Positions 58,404 to 64,000 of a stretch of DNA of 64,000 nt are shown piece by piece. Origin of the DNA: an uncultured Gammaproteobacteria bacterium (lineage in GTDB: Bacteria; Patescibacteriota; Microgenomatia; Levybacterales; GWA1-39-11); contig CAZIAP010000001.1 in assembly GCA_964537315.1 (NCBI GenBank), forward strand, positions 379,926 through 443,925, read 5' to 3'. Every line of letters begins with the position of its first letter. The stretch's first letter is position 1. The notes beneath the pieces are model-generated. The model had not been told where the DNA came from. It saw nothing but the letters and a program-made list of their open reading frames with translations, and did no database searches. The position numbers were made by a program, and so were the translations under genes.

Positions 58404-59060
58404 TCAATCCGCAACAACAGAAACTTCAGTTGAGAGACTCAGCACATTTTCAATCGGCTCTTTCATCTTTCTCAAACTATTTCTAGCTTCATCCAGTCTT
58501 CGTTTATCATCAAGCGCATATCGCAAATCTTTGCCTTTTATATATTCTCTTTCTACCTCCTGTGTATTTGGATTATATCGGACCGTAAGAACTCTAACTG
58601 TTTCGTTTCCTCTATACCCAACCTTTCTTTCACTGTTATCTTGATAAATACGTCCTTCATGATTTTTAACTATCTTTCTATTTGGGACACTACCTGGATG
58701 AAATATTCCAAATCCATCACCACCTCTATAACCTTCTTCGTATTGCAAAAAATACCCAATAATTTCACCTGTTCCAGTACTCTTTAGGTTATACATTTCT
58801 GAGTAGAGAATATTTCCCATATGAGGTTTATTATCCGGACCATTAAATAAAAACATATTTTCCCCAGTCTGCATGCCTGAGTTGATTACACTTAAATATG
58901 CTTCAGTAGGCAACTTACTGTTATTCAATTTTTCTGTTTGATGAACATTCTCAATTTTTGGAGAAAAAGGGGTGATGTTAGACAATTCACTTTCTGCTTT
59001 TTCGGATTTTAATAAACTTTCATCCAAGTTGTTAAATACAACTTCGCTTCTCTCTAACAT
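58404..59060 (-). CDS. hypothetical protein
   Basis: 218-aa ORF, no recognised motif. Confidence 0.6.
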   Translation of the reverse strand: MLERSEVVFNNLDESLLKSEKAESELSNITPFSPKIENVHQTEKLNNSKLPTEAYLSVINSGMQTGENMFLFNGPDNKPHMGNILYSEMYNLKSTGTGEIIGYFLQYEEGYRGGDGFGIFHPGSVPNRKIVKNHEGRIYQDNSERKVGYRGNETVRVLTVRYNPNTQEVEREYIKGKDLRYALDDKRRLDEARNSLRKMKEPIENVLSLSTEVSVVAD

Positions 59061-59177
59061 AAGTATGCTGAAAGTAAATTAAAAGAAAATTACTTTTCAG
59101 TATTTATATTCTTTAATGTTATTGATTGCTTCGCTGGACAAAATCCTGACATTATGAAATCTGAACAGGGAGTGAAA

Positions 59178-59510
59178 TTAGCTTACGAGGGAGCCTACAG
59201 CAGCGTCACGGTCAAGAGACAAAACAGAGAACCCGCTCTCTTCGTCGCCTGCTGCCAAAATCATACCGTTTGATTCTTCACCACGGAATTTTGCTGGCTT
59301 AAGATTTGTCACAACTATTACTTTTTTATCCAGTAGCTCGTTTTCTTCGTAAAATGGGACAAGGCCGGTTACAATTTGTCGGTTTTCTTCCTCTCCTACA
59401 TCTACCATCAATTTGTAAAGCTTATCTGCACCTTCAACCCGACTAATCTCAATTATCTGCCCTACTTTCATCTCAACTTTTTTAAATTCATCAAAATCTA
59501 TTTTTTCCAT
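59178..59510 (-). CDS. stand-alone tRNA-binding OB domain (Trbp111/MetRS C-terminal/CsaA)
   Basis: 'IDFDEFKKVEMKVG', 'ADKL', 'NLKPAK.RG.ESNGMIL'. Confidence 0.9.
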   Translation of the reverse strand: MEKIDFDEFKKVEMKVGQIIEISRVEGADKLYKLMVDVGEEENRQIVTGLVPFYEENELLDKKVIVVTNLKPAKFRGEESNGMILAAGDEESGFSVLSLDRDAAVGSLVS

Positions 59511-59536
59511 AATTTTTCAGTCGTCTATCAATTCTA

Positions 59537-60145
59537 TCACTCCTTGGGTGTATTATCCAAGCTTTTCCATAAATATCTACTTGCAAGGCTCCTATACGGC
59601 TTCCACTTTTGAGAGATTGTCTCAATAGCAAGTAAATCATCTCGATTTACTCCATAGAGTCTTGAAACTGCATTGCGTAGCCCCAAATCTCCCAATGAAA
59701 ATACGTCTTCACGACCATAGCTAAACATCAAGAACATTTCAGCAGTCCATCGTCCAATTCCTTTTAGTTTGATCAAGCTCTCAATAACCTCCTCATCAGG
59801 CCATGTCCTCATTGATTCAAAATCTATCTCTTGATTAATTATAGATTCACAAACTCCTTTAACGTACTTAATTTTTGCATAAGACAGTCCACAAGTCCTC
59901 AATTTCTCATCATCTGTATTTAATACTTGCATGGGTGTTGGATTTTTATCAGCATACAAAGATAAGAATCGTTGCTCGATTGTGTTTCCTGCCTTTACTG
60001 ACAACTGTTGTCCAATTATTGATCCACAAATTTCTAAAAATAAATTCCCCGAATATGACCAGCCTGGAAGCTCATAGGTTTCAATCAATTTTTTCATTAC
60101 TGGATCCTTGGAAAGATATGCATGTGCTTTGTCTGTAACTTTCAT
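59537..60145 (-). CDS. alkA: DNA-3-methyladenine glycosylase II (HhH-GPD)
   Basis: 'IIGQQLS', 'KGIGRWTAEM', 'GDLG', 'WKPYRS'. Confidence 0.9.
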   Translation of the reverse strand: MKVTDKAHAYLSKDPVMKKLIETYELPGWSYSGNLFLEICGSIIGQQLSVKAGNTIEQRFLSLYADKNPTPMQVLNTDDEKLRTCGLSYAKIKYVKGVCESIINQEIDFESMRTWPDEEVIESLIKLKGIGRWTAEMFLMFSYGREDVFSLGDLGLRNAVSRLYGVNRDDLLAIETISQKWKPYRSLASRYLWKSLDNTPKE

Positions 60146-60210
60146 AAATGTATTATACAAGATAGAAGACTTGAAATTTTATGCTTGGTTTGAAAAAATA
60201 ACTGAGACTT

Positions 60211-60786
60211 ATGAGCAAAGAAGGAGAGATACATCCAGATATACTAAATGCAGCCGAACTTTTTCGGAATGTTCATTATTACAAAGAAGCTAGTCCACTA
60301 GTTATTGATATTGGACAAATAATGCAACCTGATACGGAGTACACGCTAACACACGCAAACTGTCAGGTGTATGCTAATGTTGCAGAGGGAATGGTCCATA
60401 AAATCATAATCCCACCATACTACCGTTCAAGGGAAAAGTTTATTGATAATAATGCCTATTTACCAATAAAATCTTTAGATTCTTTGCAACCAGGTGACAC
60501 ATTATTTTTTGGACCACCACATAATTACGCAGATCCAGCAGAATACCATCAAGGAGTTTTTTCGGGTAAATATATAGATGACAAGCCTCTAATTAGTCAT
60601 CTACCTGGTCACTTTAAAAAAGCATGGAAAGACGGACTTCCTGAACAAAAAATTCCTGGACCCAGGCTCTGGACTCCTGATCAGTTCAACAGCGAGTTCC
60701 GCGAGCATATTGGATATTTGAAAGGAATTAGAAGGGCAAACCCTGAAGTGTTAGTTAACAGAGGCGCAATCAAACTCGAAAATTAA
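60211..60786 (+). CDS. divergent NlpC/P60-like (papain-fold) protein
   Basis: 'ANCQVYA', 'LQPGDTLFFG', 'YHQGVF.G', 'ISH' occur in NlpC/P60 order. Confidence 0.6.
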   Translation: MSKEGEIHPDILNAAELFRNVHYYKEASPLVIDIGQIMQPDTEYTLTHANCQVYANVAEGMVHKIIIPPYYRSREKFIDNNAYLPIKSLDSLQPGDTLFFGPPHNYADPAEYHQGVFSGKYIDDKPLISHLPGHFKKAWKDGLPEQKIPGPRLWTPDQFNSEFREHIGYLKGIRRANPEVLVNRGAIKLEN

Positions 60787-61880
60787 GACCTCGTAGTTTT
60801 AAGTTGTCTTTCTCTATTGTGCCTTTCTAAGGCTAACTCAATTAGCCGGTCGATTAACTCTGAATAAGACATTCCACTAGCTTTCCATAACTGTGGATAC
60901 ATACTAATCTTAGTAAAACCGGGAATTGTGTTGATTTCATTCACAAAAATCTCCCGTGTTTCTTTGTGCATGAAAAAATCTACGCGTGCCATACCTTCAC
61001 AGTACAATGCTTTATAAGCTCTTACTGCTAAATCCTGGACTTTTGCTGATTCAGTCTCTGAAATGTTTGCAGGTATTTCTAGTTTTGCTCCGTTTTCATC
61101 AATATATTTTGCTTCATATGAATAAAACTCGTGTGATGGTATTATCCTCCCCGGAACTGAGGTTAAAGGAGCATCATTACCTAGGACTGAAACCTCTATC
61201 TCATCACAAGGAACATACTCCTCGATTAGCACTTTTGAATCATAGGTAAAGGAGACTTTAAGAGCTTCTGAGAACTGTTTTTGATTTTTAACTTTGCTTA
61301 CTCCTACTGAAGAACCCATGTTTGCAGGTTTAACAAAAAATGGAGATCCTAATACTTCTTCAACCATCTCGAATGTAATATCTTTCTTTTCTGAGTCCAT
61401 TACTGTCATATATTTACAAATCGGTAACCCTTCAGCTTTGAGCAATTTTTTCATCACTTCTTTATCCATTCCAATTGCGGAACCTAAAACTCCCGCCCCG
61501 ACAAACGGAATATCCAATAGCTTCAACATACCTTGGATCGTGCCATCCTCCCCATATGTACCATGAAGTATTGGAACTGCTACATCAATACCTCCTGAAA
61601 AAGGATGTTTTTTAGATGAAATTAGTTGCGACTTTTGCGCGCCAGGAATAACAGATAATTCTGTTGAAGAGCTGTTTTTAACTTCTTCGTTGTAGGCTTG
61701 TAAAGAAAATACAGAAGGCTGTTGCAAATGCCACGTTCCTGTGCGGTCTATACCAATTAGTACAGGTTCGTATTTATTTTTGTCTAGAGCATCATATACA
61801 TTTTTCGCTGATTGAATTGAGACTTCATGCTCTGCTGACCTCCCACCAAAAATTATACCTACCTTTATTTTTTTACTCAT
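60783..61880 (-). CDS. ddl: D-alanine--D-alanine ligase
   Basis: 'GGRSAEHEVS', 'HGTYGEDG', 'GSSVG', 'FYSYEAKY', 'NEINTIPGFT'. Confidence 0.96.
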   Translation of the reverse strand: MSKKIKVGIIFGGRSAEHEVSIQSAKNVYDALDKNKYEPVLIGIDRTGTWHLQQPSVFSLQAYNEEVKNSSSTELSVIPGAQKSQLISSKKHPFSGGIDVAVPILHGTYGEDGTIQGMLKLLDIPFVGAGVLGSAIGMDKEVMKKLLKAEGLPICKYMTVMDSEKKDITFEMVEEVLGSPFFVKPANMGSSVGVSKVKNQKQFSEALKVSFTYDSKVLIEEYVPCDEIEVSVLGNDAPLTSVPGRIIPSHEFYSYEAKYIDENGAKLEIPANISETESAKVQDLAVRAYKALYCEGMARVDFFMHKETREIFVNEINTIPGFTKISMYPQLWKASGMSYSELIDRLIELALERHNRERQLKTTRS

Positions 61881-61960
61881 AGCAAGCATTATAAATACGA
61901 TTTGTAAGAGAAAGATATGAGACAGTAATTTAGTATTGAGTTACTCTGTGATACTTAAAT

Positions 61961-62299
61961 CTAACTGTCATTTCTTGTTTCTTCAATGTCTTTGCGTAGT
62001 TCATTTTTCAACTCTTCTGCAGCTTTTTTAATTTTCTCTTCAATATTATCAACTTTGTCCATAAGATGATTCCAGACACTTTCATGATTTTCTGATGCTA
62101 GATGTTGAAGGAACACTTTTTTGTCCTCTTGTGACAACTCCGAGAGTATAGCATCGATAACCTCATGATGAATTGTCGACTCAATTAGCATCTCCAGATG
62201 CTTGTGCTCGTCAGGGTCTAAGTTCAGATCTTGTAAAGCCGATGTAAGTGAGTCTGTTTCAATTATATTGTGATAAAAGTGTTTTTTATTTTTATTCAT
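61961..62299 (-). CDS. hypothetical helical protein
   Basis: 112-aa ORF co-oriented and closely packed with neighbours. Confidence 0.65.
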   Translation of the reverse strand: MNKNKKHFYHNIIETDSLTSALQDLNLDPDEHKHLEMLIESTIHHEVIDAILSELSQEDKKVFLQHLASENHESVWNHLMDKVDNIEEKIKKAAEELKNELRKDIEETRNDS

Positions 62300-62307
62300 A
62301 AATTAAC

Positions 62308-63231
62308 TCATCCTTCTTTTTCCACTTGGCTCTGCTCTTCATGACTTTCGATCGGTCCTAAAGGTATTTTATCATCAGGGTCATCAAGAAAAAAATATAA
62401 CACTGCTCCTTTTGCCCGTCCGTCTACTCGTTCTAAGTAACTCATCACTTCTGGTGATCCTCCTAAGCTTTTCCCCGTCCATTCAGCAGGACCTGCATCC
62501 CCAATAACCGCGACTACTGCTTTCCCATTGTTGGGATTTACAACTAACATTTTTTTGAATTTATAAAAATCTCTATACTCTCTGACTTTTTGTTTGAAAT
62601 TTGGTGAGAGAAATGTCTGTACAGCGATATAATATTTTTCCCGCATTACATCCTGCTCGCTCATAGGCTGCCCTGCAGGCACAAAATATCCCCATGCACC
62701 CAGTCCAGGCGCCATACCAGATGACCAGTATTTTGCAGCATCCTCCGGTCCTCCTGCTGGTGGATTGAAGTGTGTTTCCATCGTGTCTCCGGGATAACGA
62801 GCAAGATGCTGTTCGGCACCTATATACCCGTAGCTTCTATTAAGTCGCAGACCATTCATTTCAGCATATACTTTGACTCCATAATGGTCTGATAACATCT
62901 GAGAAATTTTCGCTTCTTCTTCCGGACTAAGAGCACGAACATGATCAGGCAGCGCCGAGGTTAAATCAGATATAAAAAAAACGCTTTTATCTAAGTCTAT
63001 ACCAACTTCTTTTCCTTCGAGAGGTGTAGGCAAAGAAACAGTCGGACCAGCTGCCATAGACGAGGTAAGCAACATAAATCCCCCTACAGATCCAAGTGCA
63101 ACCTGCTTGGCGTTATGCGCAAGGTCAGAAATCGGTAACGTATGCTTGTCCCATACATTTTTTTTTATTTCTTCGTGTCTTTTGACAAGTTTATCTTTTA
63201 GCTTATTATATTGAGATTTGGAAGCAGCCAT
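62308..63231 (-). CDS. hypothetical protein with RlpA-like double-psi beta-barrel C-terminus
   Basis: 'LVVNPNNGKAVVAVIGDAGP..WTG...GSPEVM..L' resembles RlpA 'V.N..NG.SVVV.INDRGP'. Confidence 0.6.
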   Translation of the reverse strand: MAASKSQYNKLKDKLVKRHEEIKKNVWDKHTLPISDLAHNAKQVALGSVGGFMLLTSSMAAGPTVSLPTPLEGKEVGIDLDKSVFFISDLTSALPDHVRALSPEEEAKISQMLSDHYGVKVYAEMNGLRLNRSYGYIGAEQHLARYPGDTMETHFNPPAGGPEDAAKYWSSGMAPGLGAWGYFVPAGQPMSEQDVMREKYYIAVQTFLSPNFKQKVREYRDFYKFKKMLVVNPNNGKAVVAVIGDAGPAEWTGKSLGGSPEVMSYLERVDGRAKGAVLYFFLDDPDDKIPLGPIESHEEQSQVEKEG

Positions 63232-63242
63232 AGACGAGGCAA

Positions 63243-64000
63243 TTAAAATTTGAATTTAACTGTTTTACAAGATCGTTCTAAAACAGTCGCAGGAGCAAAT
63301 GTACCAAGTTGGAGATTATCCTTTTCAAAAGTCGTGACTATTTCATCCTGCTGAGCCGGAGTTTCAGTAGATGATGTTTGCTGTGTTGTGCCATTGCCGA
63401 ATAATCGTGCAAAGAAATCCACTATGGTGCCAAATAATCCCTTGTTTTCAGCTGATGATCCCATTACTATTGCCGTATAGGGTAGACCAGCGGTTGTCTT
63501 TCGAGTACATTTTACGGTCGCTTGAGCAGTATAAGTTACTCCTTTTTGAACATTTGAGGGAATCTGGACATTCCACTGTGCCTGATATTTAACCAGGGAG
63601 TTAGTCTGAGATACAACTGTTGCAGGAACTAATTGAGGACCTGCAATTCTCTGCGTACCTCCTGCTTCCAAAAGAAAATCAATATTTTTTATCTCAGCAT
63701 ATCTTACATCATTTCCTTCAACTTTACCGTTCGCAGTGAATACTGCAGGCTGTCCAGCTATGATCTGAGATACCGTCATCCCATCACACGAGCAAGCCGC
63801 ATCGCCTCTAAAAGGATCAGGTGTGGCCGTTGGCGGTACAGGGGTTGCTGTCGCCGCTGGTGGGTTATTTGGCGGATTGTTAGGTGGGTTGTTCGGTGGC
63901 ACACATTTTCCTGTTTGCACATTGCATGCAGTACATCCGTCAGTTGCCTGCATACAGATGGCAGGATTACTTGAACAATCTGCGTTACATGCTCCTGCCG
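63243..64000 (-). CDS. Cys-rich, Pro-rich surface protein, 5'-truncated by window
   Basis: Frame stays open to 64000 (AGACNADCSSNPAICMQ...); PPNN x3 and PT linker. Confidence 0.7.
   Translation of the reverse strand, partial: AGACNADCSSNPAICMQATDGCTACNVQTGKCVPPNNPPNNPPNNPPAATATPVPPTATPDPFRGDAACSCDGMTVSQIIAGQPAVFTANGKVEGNDVRYAEIKNIDFLLEAGGTQRIAGPQLVPATVVSQTNSLVKYQAQWNVQIPSNVQKGVTYTAQATVKCTRKTTAGLPYTAIVMGSSAENKGLFGTIVDFFARLFGNGTTQQTSSTETPAQQDEIVTTFEKDNLQLGTFAPATVLERSCKTVKFKF

Noticed and set aside
59120-59175. GATTGCTTCGCT REP-like fragment
   Set aside because: Too short, with no partner arm.
63935-63953. ATCCGTCAGTTG match to the aspS palindrome
   Set aside because: Only one arm matches and it lies in a Cys-rich coding region; could be chance.
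5033-63974. Numerous 60-140 aa ORFs nested in or antisense to long genes
   Set aside because: Shadow frames of well-supported CDSs, with no motifs or start signals.

Overview
AT-rich bacterial chromosome segment read in standard code 11 (TGA is a stop). The gene content points to a Patescibacteria/CPR genome, probably Microgenomates (inference): archaeal-type AspRS, DUF3048/DUF4446, TrpR-like YerC protein, tandem GH130 genes, minimal TsaB and many leaderless starts. The window carries tRNA-Gln(CTG) followed by small stress/accessory genes; mutSL, gltX, aspS, recJ, cca, secDF, prfB, ftsEX, tsaE/C/B and ddl; and an 11-kb nucleotide-sugar/GT-C glycosylation locus. I found no CRISPR array, integrase, transposase or rRNA. 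The most interesting signals are non-coding or sub-genic. (1) A trpR-like gene is bracketed by two copies of the palindrome GATGTATTAATACATC, with a third solo copy 21 kb away before tsaE. (2) Short palindromic in-frame insertions sit inside conserved proteins, for example PSTDG in AspRS. (3) A promoter, Cys-Cys leader peptide and antiterminator/terminator precede an orphan gene. (4) Structured leaders occur before terC, before an unannotated 49-aa Zn-finger gene and before a membrane protein. (5) A circularly permuted M23 peptidase follows ftsEX. All calls are by eye from motifs; no database searches were run.
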